Assembly: GCA_026388015.1 (NCBI GenBank)
Contig: JAPLKO010000047.1
Span: 108,424-172,423 of the forward strand
Origin: Candidatus Firestoneibacteriota bacterium
GTDB lineage: Bacteria; Oederibacteriota; D2-FULL-39-29
Reading direction: 5' to 3'
DNA length: 64,000 bases
Shown: piece by piece, positions 49,290 through 59,554 of the stretch
Numbering within the stretch: the first letter of the stretch is position 1
How the letters are laid out: every line of letters begins with the position of its first letter
Notes under the pieces: model-generated
The model's database searches: none
What the model was told of the DNA's origin: nothing
The model's input: only the letters and a program-made list of their open reading frames with translations
Position numbers and translations under genes: made by a program

Positions 49290-50754
49290 GAAAAGAACCT
49301 GTAAGCAACTGCACCGTCTTTTTCGCCAGGTTTAAGAATTGTTCCGGCAGCAGGCATATGTACAACACCATAAAAAGAGAACTGTAGATTATTATATTAA
49401 GAGAGAGGGAAGGTTTTATTGCTTCTGTAATCTTTTTCTCTTTTGCAAAATACATAAAATAGGCAATCCTGGCATAGAAATAGAGAGATACAACACTGTT
49501 TAACACTCCTATTACGGCAAGCCAGGTGTACCCGGAGTCAATTGCAGCACCCAGCACCAAAAGCTTCCCGAGAAAACCTGCCGTCGGAGGAACACCGGCA
49601 AGAGATATTAGAAAAACAAAGAAAACAAAAGCCAGCGCGGGACTGACAAGAGAGAGACCTCCGTAATCCCTTATATCGTCACTGCCTGTTTTATTATAAA
49701 TAGCTATCACAAAAGCAAAAGCTCCCATATTTGTAAAAAGGTACGCAAGTGTATAAATCAGCACCGATTGTACACCGAAAAGCCCGTAAGCCACAAAACC
49801 CATCATAATAAATCCTACGTGCGCAATCCCGGAGTAGGCAAGAAGCCTTTTGGCATTATTTTGCGTTAAGGCGACAAGATTACCCACAGTCATTGTTATC
49901 GCAGCAAGGAGAGCAAGAATCAAGTTAACATTTGAATTATCCGGTAGAATAGCCAGAAAAGTCCGAATTAATACGGCAACTCCGGCGCTTTTTGAAGCTA
50001 CAGAGAGAAACGCTGTTACCGGAGCAGGAGCGCCCTCATACGCATCCGGCGCCCACATATGAAAAGGAACCAGAGCTATTTTAAAGCCAAAACCTACCAG
50101 CATCAGAAGAAGACCAACAATAAAGAGATTCGATATTCCATGGGCTATCAAATATTGCTGGATAGAAGGAAAAGAGCTGGCGCCGGTAACCCCGACCAAA
50201 AAAGATGCGCCATACACAAATACCGCAGAAGAAAATGCTCCGATTAAAAAATATTTTACCGCCGCTTCCCGGCTCTTTGAGTCTTTCTTTACGAAGCCTA
50301 CAAGTACAAAGAACACTATACTTACAAACTCTATGCTTAAAAAGAGCATCAGAAGGTCGGAAGCGCCAGCCATAAGCATCATGCCAAGCGTGACCAGAAC
50401 CACCAGAGCGGTGTACTCTCCTATTTTATTATTTTCTAAAGCTTTATAATCCCTGCTCATAAGCAGCATAAATACGGCAGAAACGAGGATAATTATTTTG
50501 AAAAACCGGGCAAAAGAATCGACGACCAAGGCATTATTAAAAATATACATTCCTTGTTGGAAAAGAGCACCTATGGTAAGAAGAAGCGCTCCGGTAAGAC
50601 CAACAGCCGCAATGTCAAGAATATTTCTCTTTGATTTTACCGGCAGTATTAAATCAGCAATAATGATAAAGAAAGCCAAACACAAGACAAATACTTCCGG
50701 GGTCAAGGCAAGCAATCCTTGCATTATAGCTTCAGGAATAAAACCCTTTGTCAT
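49279..50754 (-). CDS. nuoN: NADH-quinone oxidoreductase subunit N
   Basis: EAAVKYF, GFKIALVPFHMWAPDAYEGAP, KRLLAYSGIAH. Confidence 0.95.
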   Translation of the reverse strand: MTKGFIPEAIMQGLLALTPEVFVLCLAFFIIIADLILPVKSKRNILDIAAVGLTGALLLTIGALFQQGMYIFNNALVVDSFARFFKIIILVSAVFMLLMSRDYKALENNKIGEYTALVVLVTLGMMLMAGASDLLMLFLSIEFVSIVFFVLVGFVKKDSKSREAAVKYFLIGAFSSAVFVYGASFLVGVTGASSFPSIQQYLIAHGISNLFIVGLLLMLVGFGFKIALVPFHMWAPDAYEGAPAPVTAFLSVASKSAGVAVLIRTFLAILPDNSNVNLILALLAAITMTVGNLVALTQNNAKRLLAYSGIAHVGFIMMGFVAYGLFGVQSVLIYTLAYLFTNMGAFAFVIAIYNKTGSDDIRDYGGLSLVSPALAFVFFVFLISLAGVPPTAGFLGKLLVLGAAIDSGYTWLAVIGVLNSVVSLYFYARIAYFMYFAKEKKITEAIKPSLSLNIIIYSSLFMVLYICLLPEQFLNLAKKTVQLLTGSFHGY

Positions 50755-52244
50755 ACTTTTACTCCGAGTATCGAAACAAGAGACTTAACGCTTTCAACTG
50801 AGATACCTGACGCAATAACTGGCAGGATGCCTAGAAGAACCATCAGAACCATGAGGGGAGCAATTGCTATCATTTCCCGCATATTCATATCAGGAATATC
50901 CTTCCATTTATCATTTATCGGTCCCAAAAATACTTTCTGAATCATTATAAGGAAATAGCCGGCGGTAATAACAAGCCCGGCAACCGATAGAGCCGTGAAG
51001 GTTTTGTACACAACGGGATTAAGCGTAGAACTGAAAGCGCCGGAGAAACACATAAATTCGGAAACAAAGCCGGCTAAACCGGGAAGACCCATAGAACCAA
51101 GACAGGCAAATATCATAAGAGCCGAATAAACAGGCATCTTATTCATCAGCCCGCCAAAGCCGTCAATATCACGGCTGTGGGTACGGTCATAAATCACGCC
51201 GACTAAAAAGAACAGTGCTGAAGTGATAACTCCGTGAGTCACCATCTGAAGTATAGCCCCGTTTAAGCCGACAGTAGACATGGCAGCTATACCGAGCAAA
51301 CAGTACCCCATATGATTAACCGAAGAGTACGCTATCATCTTTTTCAAATCTTTCTGCGCCATAGCAACGAAAGCCCCGTAAACAATATTTATAAAAGCCA
51401 GTATCAGAAGAGGTATTGCAAAATATTTGGCAGCATCAGGAAGAATAGTATAGCTTATCCGAAGCAGTCCGTAAGTACCCATCTTGAGCAGGACACCTGC
51501 AAGTATTACGGAAACCGCAGTAGGAGCTTCTACGTGCGCGTCAGGCAACCAGGTATGAAACGGAAAAACAGGGACTTTGATTGCAAAACCGATAAATAGA
51601 GCAATATAAACGATATACTGCTGAAAGCCGGGAGTAAGGCCGTGAATCCTGGATAATTCCATAATATCAAAAGTGCGTGTAGCCGCAGGAACAGACAGAT
51701 AAAGCGCAAGAATTCCGAGAAGCATTATCACGGAACCAAATAAAGTGTACAAAAAGAACTTAATTGCGGCGTACTCTTTTCTCGGTCCGCCCCAAATGCC
51801 TATTAAGAAGTACATAGGAACCAATGTGAGCTCCCAAAATATATAAAAAAGGAAGAAATCAAGAGCCACAAAGACTCCTAGCATTCCGGTTTCCAGAAGG
51901 AGAAAGAAAAAGAAATACTCCTTCACTCTCTCTTTAATATTAAAAGAGTAAACTGCGGCAAGAAAGGAAAGAAACGGCGTAAGTACGAGCATCGCCATAG
52001 ACAAACCGTCCAATCCCATAAAATAGGAGATACCAAAAGACGGTATCCAGGATGCCTTTTCCACAAGCTGAAGTTCTGCAGTATTTCTATTGAAGATATA
52101 AAACACATAAAAACCAAGAACCATGGTCAGAAAGGTAATCCCCGCAGAAATCCATCTGACCAGATTATCCTTCCCCTTCGGCGCAAACAATATAAGCACT
52201 GCACCGAAAAGCGGTAAGAATGTAATTAAAGTTAAAATCGGCAT
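50751..52244 (-). CDS. nuoM: NADH-quinone oxidoreductase subunit M
   Basis: FWELTLVPMYFLIGIWG, PFHTWLPDAHVEAP, LLKMGTYG. Confidence 0.95.
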   Translation of the reverse strand: MPILTLITFLPLFGAVLILFAPKGKDNLVRWISAGITFLTMVLGFYVFYIFNRNTAELQLVEKASWIPSFGISYFMGLDGLSMAMLVLTPFLSFLAAVYSFNIKERVKEYFFFFLLLETGMLGVFVALDFFLFYIFWELTLVPMYFLIGIWGGPRKEYAAIKFFLYTLFGSVIMLLGILALYLSVPAATRTFDIMELSRIHGLTPGFQQYIVYIALFIGFAIKVPVFPFHTWLPDAHVEAPTAVSVILAGVLLKMGTYGLLRISYTILPDAAKYFAIPLLILAFINIVYGAFVAMAQKDLKKMIAYSSVNHMGYCLLGIAAMSTVGLNGAILQMVTHGVITSALFFLVGVIYDRTHSRDIDGFGGLMNKMPVYSALMIFACLGSMGLPGLAGFVSEFMCFSGAFSSTLNPVVYKTFTALSVAGLVITAGYFLIMIQKVFLGPINDKWKDIPDMNMREMIAIAPLMVLMVLLGILPVIASGISVESVKSLVSILGVKV

Positions 52245-52266
52245 ACAACCTCCAGAATTTAAATAA

Positions 52267-54231
52267 TTATTTAAATATTACCCTAAGCATTATTACTATA
52301 AATAACCCGACAACAGAAATAAGAATATAATTTTGAACAAATCCCGTCTGCAGCTGTTTTAGGAGCTCACCGCTTTTATTGGCAATCCAACCGGCACCGT
52401 TCACTGCGCCGTCCACATAACCTTTATCAAAGGCATTCTGAATTTTACTCATAAGGAGAGTCATAAAGCCGGAACCATTCACCGCCCCGTCCACTATTTT
52501 CTGGTCAAATTTAAAGAAAAACCCGGCAAGACGTTTAGAGGGATTAATAAATACGATTTCGTACAGTTCGTCTATATAATATTTATTTAGAAGAAGTTTA
52601 TGAACAGGGGCCATCTTCTCAGCAAGATACTCGGGAGATATCTTTTTCAGGTAATACATAAAGAAAGCGAGAGTAATGCCGAGAACTGCAACAGCCAGGG
52701 ACATGTACAAGACAAAATGAGAGCCTCCATGTCCTCCCTCGGGCACAACCGCTTCCTTTAAACCAAAGTACACAAGCTTTTCAAATGAATGTCCGGAAAC
52801 AAAGAGCACACCGGAAACAACAGAGAGCAGAGCAAGAACCATCAAAGGTATAGTCATAGTTTTCGGAGACTCATGAGGATGAAGTTCCGACCGCATTTTA
52901 CCGGTAAAAGTCATAAAGAATAATCTAAACATATAAAAGGCCGTTATTAAAGCGGTAAGAGTGCCTACCGCATAAATAAGATAATGTCCGCTGTTGAAGG
53001 CTGCAGAAAGCACTTCTTCTTTAGAGTAAAACCCGGAGAACGGCGGTATTCCGGCAATCGCCAAGCATGCTATTAAAAAAGTAACCATAGTAATTTTCAT
53101 CTTCTTGCCAAGTCCGCCCATCTCTCTTATATCCTGTGTGCCTGCGCCGTGAATTACGGAACCGGCTCCCAAAAACAAAAGGGCCTTAAAAAAAGCATGT
53201 GTAGTAAGATGAAACATTCCGGCCGTGTAACCGCCGACGCCAAGAGCCATTATCATATAGCCGAGTTGACTTACGGTGGAGAAAGCAAGAACGCGTTTTA
53301 TATCATACGCCACCAGCGCCATTGAAGCCGCAAAGATAGCGGTAAAAGCGCCTGTATAGGCTACAACCTCCATAGCCAGAGGAGCATGCATATAGATGAA
53401 GAAAGTCCTGGCAACCAGATATACTCCCGCGGCGACCATTGTAGCGGCATGAATCAACGCCGATACCGGAGTCGGACCTTCCATCGCATCAGGAAGCCAA
53501 ACATGCAAAGGAAACTGCGCAGATTTTCCGACCGCTCCGAAGAAGATCAGAATACCAATCCAGTTTAGAGTAGCTACTGAAACACTACCCGAAGCAATCC
53601 CCGTATTAAGAAGTTCTCCCAGCTCTTTAAAGTTAAACGTGCCAAAAACAGTAAATATCAGCATCAATCCTATAAAGAAACCCAGGTCACCGACTTTGGT
53701 AGTAATAAAAGCTTTCTTACCCGCATCGGAGGCGCTCTTTTTTTCATACCAGAACCCGATTAAAAGATAAGAAAAGAGCCCTACCAGCTCCCAGCTGATA
53801 AATAGAAGTAAAAAGTTATTCGCAAGTATCAGACCAAGCATTGCGACTGTAAACATCGAAAGGTAGGCGTAGTATCTTGAGTACCGGCTATCCCCGCGCA
53901 TATAACCGATCGAATATATCTTAACAAGCAGACTCACTGTGGTCACAACGACCAGCATTACGGCAGTCAGACCGTCAACCATAATCCCGAGCCTAACGCC
54001 GTTATCCCCAAAACTTAACCAGTCAAATTTAAACTCCGCCATCTTTTCCCCACCTGACACCATACCGAAGAAAAGATACAGAGAGATTATAAAGGAGCCT
54101 GAGATTGCAGCAATAGAGATGTAGGCTGATTTAGTTGCAAGCTTTTTACCGAAGAATATATTTACTATAAAAGCCAGTAACGGCAACAGAGGAATAAGGA
54201 TTAATAAAACCAGCAAATTTTTCTCTACCAT
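52267..54231 (-). CDS. nuoL: NADH-quinone oxidoreductase subunit L
   Basis: GKSAQFPLHVWLPDAMEGPTPVSALIHAATMV, HAFFKALLFL. Confidence 0.96.
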   Translation of the reverse strand: MVEKNLLVLLILIPLLPLLAFIVNIFFGKKLATKSAYISIAAISGSFIISLYLFFGMVSGGEKMAEFKFDWLSFGDNGVRLGIMVDGLTAVMLVVVTTVSLLVKIYSIGYMRGDSRYSRYYAYLSMFTVAMLGLILANNFLLLFISWELVGLFSYLLIGFWYEKKSASDAGKKAFITTKVGDLGFFIGLMLIFTVFGTFNFKELGELLNTGIASGSVSVATLNWIGILIFFGAVGKSAQFPLHVWLPDAMEGPTPVSALIHAATMVAAGVYLVARTFFIYMHAPLAMEVVAYTGAFTAIFAASMALVAYDIKRVLAFSTVSQLGYMIMALGVGGYTAGMFHLTTHAFFKALLFLGAGSVIHGAGTQDIREMGGLGKKMKITMVTFLIACLAIAGIPPFSGFYSKEEVLSAAFNSGHYLIYAVGTLTALITAFYMFRLFFMTFTGKMRSELHPHESPKTMTIPLMVLALLSVVSGVLFVSGHSFEKLVYFGLKEAVVPEGGHGGSHFVLYMSLAVAVLGITLAFFMYYLKKISPEYLAEKMAPVHKLLLNKYYIDELYEIVFINPSKRLAGFFFKFDQKIVDGAVNGSGFMTLLMSKIQNAFDKGYVDGAVNGAGWIANKSGELLKQLQTGFVQNYILISVVGLFIVIMLRVIFK

Positions 54232-54539
54232 TTCAGAAGTTCCATTTTTTCAACATTAACACTCTTAATATTTCTGTAGATTGCAAGAATGAGAGCCAGA
54301 CCTACGGCCGTCTCCGCCGCTGCCAGGGTAATAATGAATATCGGGAAAATTATACCGATAGAAGCTTCCAGATGCATAAATTTGTTAAACGCCACTAAAT
54401 TGATATTTGCCGCATTAAACATAATCTCTATAGCCATAAGAATTCCGATGGCGTTTCTTCTGGTTAAAACTCCGTACACCCCGATTAAAAAAAGCACCAG
54501 ACTTACTATTATTACCGTATAAAAATATAGATTACTCAT
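54225..54539 (-). CDS. nuoK: NADH-quinone oxidoreductase subunit K
   Basis: RRNAIGILMAIEIMFNAA, AAAETAVGLA. Confidence 0.95.
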   Translation of the reverse strand: MSNLYFYTVIIVSLVLFLIGVYGVLTRRNAIGILMAIEIMFNAANINLVAFNKFMHLEASIGIIFPIFIITLAAAETAVGLALILAIYRNIKSVNVEKMELLKW

Positions 54540-55056
54540 CTTTTTTCCCCACTATAGCCATTGCGCCTATCAAAGCCGCAAGGAGAACAATAGACGCCAC
54601 CTCAAAAGGAAGTACATAAACGGTCATTAAAAGCCAACCGACAGATTTTGCTGTTCCGCCCGGCAAAAGAGTATTTTCAAAACCCTGAAGCCCTGAGATA
54701 AGGATAGAATACGAAAGCATAATAAAGAGAAGAGCGCATACAATAAGCGCAGAATATTTTTGTTCATTGGTTTGCTGTAACAGACTGCTGGATACCCTTG
54801 CCGTGAGCATCACAGCAAAGAGAATAAGAACAATAACCCCGCCCACATATAGAAGTATCTGAACAATACCGAGGAAATCAGCATCAAAGATGAAGAAAAA
54901 AGCGGCAACGGAGAGTAAAAACACCGCAAGAAACAACGCCGAATGCATTACGCTCCGAACCGAAACTACAAGGAACGCCGAAGCAACGGCGACAACCGCA
55001 AACAAGAGGAAAACGCCGTATGTTACTATAGAGTCGCTAATGAAAGAAAAATCCAT
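54532..55056 (-). CDS. nuoJ: NADH-quinone oxidoreductase subunit J
   Basis: QILLYVGGVIVLILFAVML, LPFEVASIVLL. Confidence 0.95.
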   Translation of the reverse strand: MDFSFISDSIVTYGVFLLFAVVAVASAFLVVSVRSVMHSALFLAVFLLSVAAFFFIFDADFLGIVQILLYVGGVIVLILFAVMLTARVSSSLLQQTNEQKYSALIVCALLFIMLSYSILISGLQGFENTLLPGGTAKSVGWLLMTVYVLPFEVASIVLLAALIGAMAIVGKKDE

Positions 55057-55079
55057 TCATTCTCCTTGAACAAACAAGT

Positions 55080-55145
55080 AACGGCTTATAAACCCCCATA
55101 AGCCGTTAGTTTGAAATTATAACATTTCCACACATGTTTTTTCAA
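55080..55145 (-). promoter_or_regulatory. Promoter and 5'-leader hairpin of nuoJ
   Basis: TTGAAA-N18-TATAAT (55116-55145, extended TG) and perfect 11-bp stem TAACGGCTTAT/ATAAGCCGTTA (about 55079-55108). Confidence 0.55.
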
Positions 55146-55155
55146 GCAGAAACAG

Positions 55156-55260
55156 AAGATATGATAATATAGTAAGCCAAAAGCCCCGGCACAAAACCTA
55201 TTATGAACGTTATTATAGGATTTATAGTTTATTTTATCCTAAACACGGCAGGTTTTTAAT
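55156..55260. repeat. Degenerate duplicate of the rmuC 5' end (ATG changed to ATA)
   Basis: About 90% identical to 37130-37234. Confidence 0.85.
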
Positions 55261-55268
55261 GACTTAAC

Positions 55269-56087
55269 CTACTTGGCAAGCAGTGCTTTTGTTTCCTTGA
55301 TAGCTTTAGCGGCTATCTGTTCCATCTTTATTTTTTCCGCGAACTCTATTTTTATAGAGTAATCTTTCGCTCCGGGATCTTTATCTCTCTTATACGGATA
55401 ATAAGAAGTTGGCATACCTTTGGGTTCATCCTGGAATATTGAGGAGTAAAGAACTATTGCACTTAATACCGAGCCATATTCAGAAGGATGTGAGTTATCC
55501 TTATCATGCAGAATAATATCAGGAACTTCTTTTCTCATCATATTCCAGGCAGTACCGACAGGTGATAACTCCGCCCCGGTATCCTCAGCGAGCCTCAGAT
55601 AAGCTTTTTTAATATGTGAGTACATATTCGGAATCTCTTTCTCTGCAAGTTTCTTATTTTTTTTATTTTTGCTTTTTTTGATCCAGTCCGGCATGCCTTT
55701 ATACTCCCACGTCATAAAAAATACGGTTCTGGCACCTGACTTATTTATCTCCTCGTAAAGTTTTTTCCCGTACTCTATAAGCTCTTCGGGATTACTTACC
55801 GGCTCAAAACTTGAACTTTGCAGAACTACAACATCATACTTGTTATTTCTTATCATTCCAAGGCATTCTTTGCTTCCATAATGATCGCTAAAAACAGTGC
55901 TTCCCGGAAGATATTCATCTATCCTAACCTTCCTGTTTTTATGATAAGCTATCTGTCCCACCAGGTCGTTTATATTATGGAAAAACGTAAGACTGTTTCC
56001 AATAAACAGCACCTTTAACGGTTTATTACTCTTGGTCTCTGCATTTAGAGGGTTGGTCGAAAATATCAGAATAGTGGAAAGAAGCAA
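55269..56087 (-). CDS. Secreted SGNH/GDSL hydrolase-like protein
   Basis: VLFIGNSLT (block I), DVVVLQ, PVGTAW, DNSHP (DxxH); weak TTG start without a clear RBS. Confidence 0.75.
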   Translation of the reverse strand: MLLSTILIFSTNPLNAETKSNKPLKVLFIGNSLTFFHNINDLVGQIAYHKNRKVRIDEYLPGSTVFSDHYGSKECLGMIRNNKYDVVVLQSSSFEPVSNPEELIEYGKKLYEEINKSGARTVFFMTWEYKGMPDWIKKSKNKKNKKLAEKEIPNMYSHIKKAYLRLAEDTGAELSPVGTAWNMMRKEVPDIILHDKDNSHPSEYGSVLSAIVLYSSIFQDEPKGMPTSYYPYKRDKDPGAKDYSIKIEFAEKIKMEQIAAKAIKETKALLAK

Positions 56088-56104
56088 CTTTATTTAAGAA
56101 GATT

Positions 56105-56133
56105 AAAGAGGGTGACCGTAAAGCCACCCTCTT
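56105..56133 (-). terminator. Intrinsic terminator after the UroD-like gene
   Basis: AAGAGGGTGGC/GTCACCCTCTT stem followed by a T-rich tract. Confidence 0.65.
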
Positions 56134-56146
56134 CCTATAATATTGT

Positions 56147-57151
56147 TTACTTGCAAGCTTCCAGGAAAGTTTCATAGGCCCACGTGTTCCACTCCGGATC
56201 AACTCCTATTCCGTGAAGATCTCCGTAGTTTTGCGCAATCAAGCCGCCGTTTTTGCCGTTGAAAAGCCGTATCATATCTCTGGCTGTTTGCTGGATAAGT
56301 TTTTTATCTCCGGTCGGAAGAACTTTCTGCACATCAACAGGGGATTTTAAAACCACTTTGTTTTCCTGTAGATACTTCGCCAGTTTTTCCATTCCGTACA
56401 GGGTCGGCTGGTCGAACTGAAACGCGCTGACACCGGCTTCTATAAGATAAGGAAGTATCGCCCAGTTATAACCACAGGAGTGCATCTCAACCGAAAGACC
56501 TCTCTGCCTTGCCGCTTTGAAAAGACGTTTATGGTGAGGCAGGAATATATCTTTGAACATATCAGGAGATATTAAAGTACGGTCCTGAATTCCCCAGTCC
56601 TCGGCAAAAGCAATTCCGTCGGCGCCTATTTCTGCGGCTCTTATTATTACTCTTTCAAAAGTATCCGCAACAATTGCATGGAGTTTATCTATATTCTTCC
56701 TTTCGAGCACCAGGTCTTCCAGGTAAACTTCCATTTTGCGGAGATACCGGCTGGCAGAAAACATAAAGCCGTTAAGTCCGACGACACGGTAATGCTGATC
56801 ATTATCTTTTTCCCATTTCGCTTTTAACAGTTCAAAATCCGGAGAACTTGCAAAATCCGGCGCTTTATATGTTTTCAGATCGTTCCAGTCTGCTATTGCA
56901 GGTTTAAAAACCTCGCCGCCGGCGCTAAAGCCCTTAATCCGGTGCCAGACGTTTCCCCACGGATCATCATAATACTCAAACTTTTCATCTTCCCATTTCT
57001 TTACTTCCCAGCCCTTGGGATTCGGTCTCGTTCTTGAAAAATCACACATACAGTCAGGATAGTTCATAACTTTAGTGAAGTTCATTCCTATCCTGTCCGG
57101 TCCTGAAAAACTCATATGCCTTTTTATTACTTCCCTGGGTGTCTGCTTCAT
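56147..57151 (-). CDS. Uroporphyrinogen decarboxylase / MtaA-like family protein
   Basis: DPWGNVW, FAEDWGxQ...ISPDMFKDIFLP, MHSCG. Confidence 0.78.
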   Translation of the reverse strand: MKQTPREVIKRHMSFSGPDRIGMNFTKVMNYPDCMCDFSRTRPNPKGWEVKKWEDEKFEYYDDPWGNVWHRIKGFSAGGEVFKPAIADWNDLKTYKAPDFASSPDFELLKAKWEKDNDQHYRVVGLNGFMFSASRYLRKMEVYLEDLVLERKNIDKLHAIVADTFERVIIRAAEIGADGIAFAEDWGIQDRTLISPDMFKDIFLPHHKRLFKAARQRGLSVEMHSCGYNWAILPYLIEAGVSAFQFDQPTLYGMEKLAKYLQENKVVLKSPVDVQKVLPTGDKKLIQQTARDMIRLFNGKNGGLIAQNYGDLHGIGVDPEWNTWAYETFLEACK

Positions 57152-57194
57152 TTCTTCTTGTCCTCATTTTCAAAAAGTATAATTTATTTTACTG

Positions 57195-57254
57195 TAAAGT
57201 TACGAGAAAAGTCGTTTTAACCGCGCCTCTGCGCCTCCGACCATCCGCGCATCT
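57195..57254. repeat. Dispersed intergenic element A, copy 2
   Basis: TAAAGTTACGAGAAAA...GCCTCTGCGCCTC...GCGCATCT. Confidence 0.65.
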
Positions 57255-58494
57255 ATTGCATCACTTCCTGCGCCGCTTCTGCCCATTCTTTAAGTACATT
57301 CGGATTTCCGTTTACGTTGTGAATGTCGCTCAAGTTCAGATCAAATATCGAACCTTTTGCGGCATCCACCAGTTTTTTTATGGATCTTTTGATATCATCT
57401 TTACTCATTCCAAAGAATACTTTTCCCGGGTGATCATGCACCTCATATACAAATGCATCTTTTGTTTCTTCTCTGATAGATTTAACATCAGACCAGGGGG
57501 AAATATGAAAGCGTCTCAGATTAGAAAGCGTCTTTATCACAGAAGCCTTCTGATCCAGAGGTTCACACCCGTGATAGTAAACGGTCTTGCCGGTAAACAA
57601 GGCGGCTAATTTTTCATTGTACGGATGGACAAACTCCGCATACATATCCGGACCAAGCCCGCTTGCGGTCTGGGCAGAAACATAAGCCCATTCATCCGCC
57701 AGCTTTAAATTATTTTTGTCATACCCTTCCCGGAGATAAGAAGCATGCACTCTCCAACCGAAAGCAAGATATTTGTTATCCATAGAAGGCGCCTTAATCC
57801 AACCTTTTTCTTCCCTGTTTTTATGATGGACCAACAGCGCATCCGTAATCAGGGTCATAAGTTCGTGTACTTTTTCCGGAGTATCTATAACATCATAAAG
57901 GAGGGTTTCCAAACCTCGAAACTCGACAGCAAAATCAAAAGGCGAGTACCCCATATTTTTATATTGTACAGATACTGTTAACTTCCCGTCTGTAAGCTCC
58001 TTAGCCCGGGTTACAAGATCGGCTGTTTTCTTATCATCAATGAGCACATCGGTAAATTTTATTTTTTCATTGGCAAAACCTTCTTTAAAAGGCGGGTCTA
58101 TCTGCTTTGCATGTTCGGGATTATCGTCCCCAATCCATTTAAGAGGAACTCCCCAGTCAAAGGATTTGGAAACAGGAGCATTCACCTGGATCAGGGGCCA
58201 CACAATATGATCATCCGGAACATTTTTAGCCATCCAGAGCCGTTTCCTAAGATCAAACTCAATATCTTGCGCGAGTTTAGACGCTGCTTTTAGGCAGTTT
58301 TTGCCGAGCATTAACTCCCACTGGGTTGAAGGGATGCCTTCGTAATATACGGAAACCGGTGTTTTGCCCGCGGGTTTCAGCGCCTGATGCCCGGCCCAAA
58401 GCTCTTTCTTTGTCGTTTCTTTAGGCAACGCTGCCAATTTAAGAAGTTCATCAACCAGCGGCTTAAATATCTCTTTTTCCTGCTTTAGCTCCAT
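57253..58494 (-). CDS. UroD/MetE-like superfamily protein
   Basis: RGLETLLYD..D.PE, SAQ...PDMYAEFVHPY, YYHGCE, ISPWSD. Confidence 0.65.
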   Translation of the reverse strand: MELKQEKEIFKPLVDELLKLAALPKETTKKELWAGHQALKPAGKTPVSVYYEGIPSTQWELMLGKNCLKAASKLAQDIEFDLRKRLWMAKNVPDDHIVWPLIQVNAPVSKSFDWGVPLKWIGDDNPEHAKQIDPPFKEGFANEKIKFTDVLIDDKKTADLVTRAKELTDGKLTVSVQYKNMGYSPFDFAVEFRGLETLLYDVIDTPEKVHELMTLITDALLVHHKNREEKGWIKAPSMDNKYLAFGWRVHASYLREGYDKNNLKLADEWAYVSAQTASGLGPDMYAEFVHPYNEKLAALFTGKTVYYHGCEPLDQKASVIKTLSNLRRFHISPWSDVKSIREETKDAFVYEVHDHPGKVFFGMSKDDIKRSIKKLVDAAKGSIFDLNLSDIHNVNGNPNVLKEWAEAAQEVMQ

Positions 58495-58585
58495 TTAATG
58501 CTCCTTGTCGAATCATAACTCTATTTTTTTACAATTTAAACCCGTTATTACCCCTTATATAAGGCGGTGTAATACAGAAAACGGG

Positions 58586-59470
58586 TTATTTACTTTTATT
58601 TTTCGGGGTTATCTTCTTTTCAAGTTCTTCAAGGCCGTCTACAAGACGGGGCCCGGAGCGCAGGAGCAGATCCGGATCCAGATCATCAAATACTTTGTCA
58701 TCCTTTACCGCTTTTATACCGGTCCAGCCGGCTCTCCCGGTTATTTCTTTTTTCATCTTCCCTTTTTTTTCCATATAGGCCGTTATTATAATATCCGGGT
58801 TCCTCTTGATTATTTCTTCCGCGCTGACTTCCGGAAATGTTTTATTTATACTTGAAAATATATTTTCCCCGCCGGCAATCGTAATAAGTTCGTCAATAAA
58901 GGAGCCCTTTCCCGCGGAGGTAACCGGCTGGTTCCAGATTTCAAAATATACTTTAGGATGCTTGCTCTTTTTTGCCTGCTCTTTAACTTTTTCTATCCTT
59001 GCTTTTAAAGAGTTCATCAGTTTTACCGCTTCCGCTTCTTTTCCGGCGGCTTTTCCTGTAAGCAGTACATCGAGAAGCATCTCCTTCAAATCTTTAGGAT
59101 AAAGAGTCATTGTAGGGATGCCCATAGCCGAAAGTTTTAAAGCGAGCTCTTTTTGTACGCCGCCTCCGGCAATAACCAAATCCGGTTTTAACAGAAGAAT
59201 CTTTTCAAGGCTCGGCGCAAAAAAATCTCCGACTTTTTCTTTTTTCCCTGCTTCCGCCGGATAATTACAGATGCTCGAAACACCGACCACTCTGTCACCG
59301 AGACCCAGCATAAAAAGTATTTCGGTATTACTCGGAGCCAGGGATATTATTCTTTTAGGGATTTTAGGGATAACAGCAGATATGCCTACATCATCAACAA
59401 TCGTGACGGGAAAATCCGAAGCAAGCAAAGAAGCAGCAAGAAAAAGAAACATTACGAGTATTTTTATCAT
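58586..59470 (-). CDS. Cobalamin/Fe-siderophore ABC substrate-binding protein (BtuF-like)
   Basis: RIISLAPSNTEIL, CNYP, EKILLLKPDLV, RSGPRLVDG; signal peptide. Confidence 0.88.
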   Translation of the reverse strand: MIKILVMFLFLAASLLASDFPVTIVDDVGISAVIPKIPKRIISLAPSNTEILFMLGLGDRVVGVSSICNYPAEAGKKEKVGDFFAPSLEKILLLKPDLVIAGGGVQKELALKLSAMGIPTMTLYPKDLKEMLLDVLLTGKAAGKEAEAVKLMNSLKARIEKVKEQAKKSKHPKVYFEIWNQPVTSAGKGSFIDELITIAGGENIFSSINKTFPEVSAEEIIKRNPDIIITAYMEKKGKMKKEITGRAGWTGIKAVKDDKVFDDLDPDLLLRSGPRLVDGLEELEKKITPKNKSK

Positions 59471-59507
59471 ATTATATTATACTCCGGCAAGAACTGCTTT
59501 CAAACAC

Positions 59508-59544
59508 AAAAAAACCCCGCCCGCTTTTAACGGACAGGGTTTTT
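59508..59544 (-). terminator. Intrinsic terminator after rpmA
   Basis: Minus strand AAACCCTGTCCG...CGGGCGGGGTTTTTTT. Confidence 0.7.
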
Positions 59545-59554
59545 ATAGATAAAT

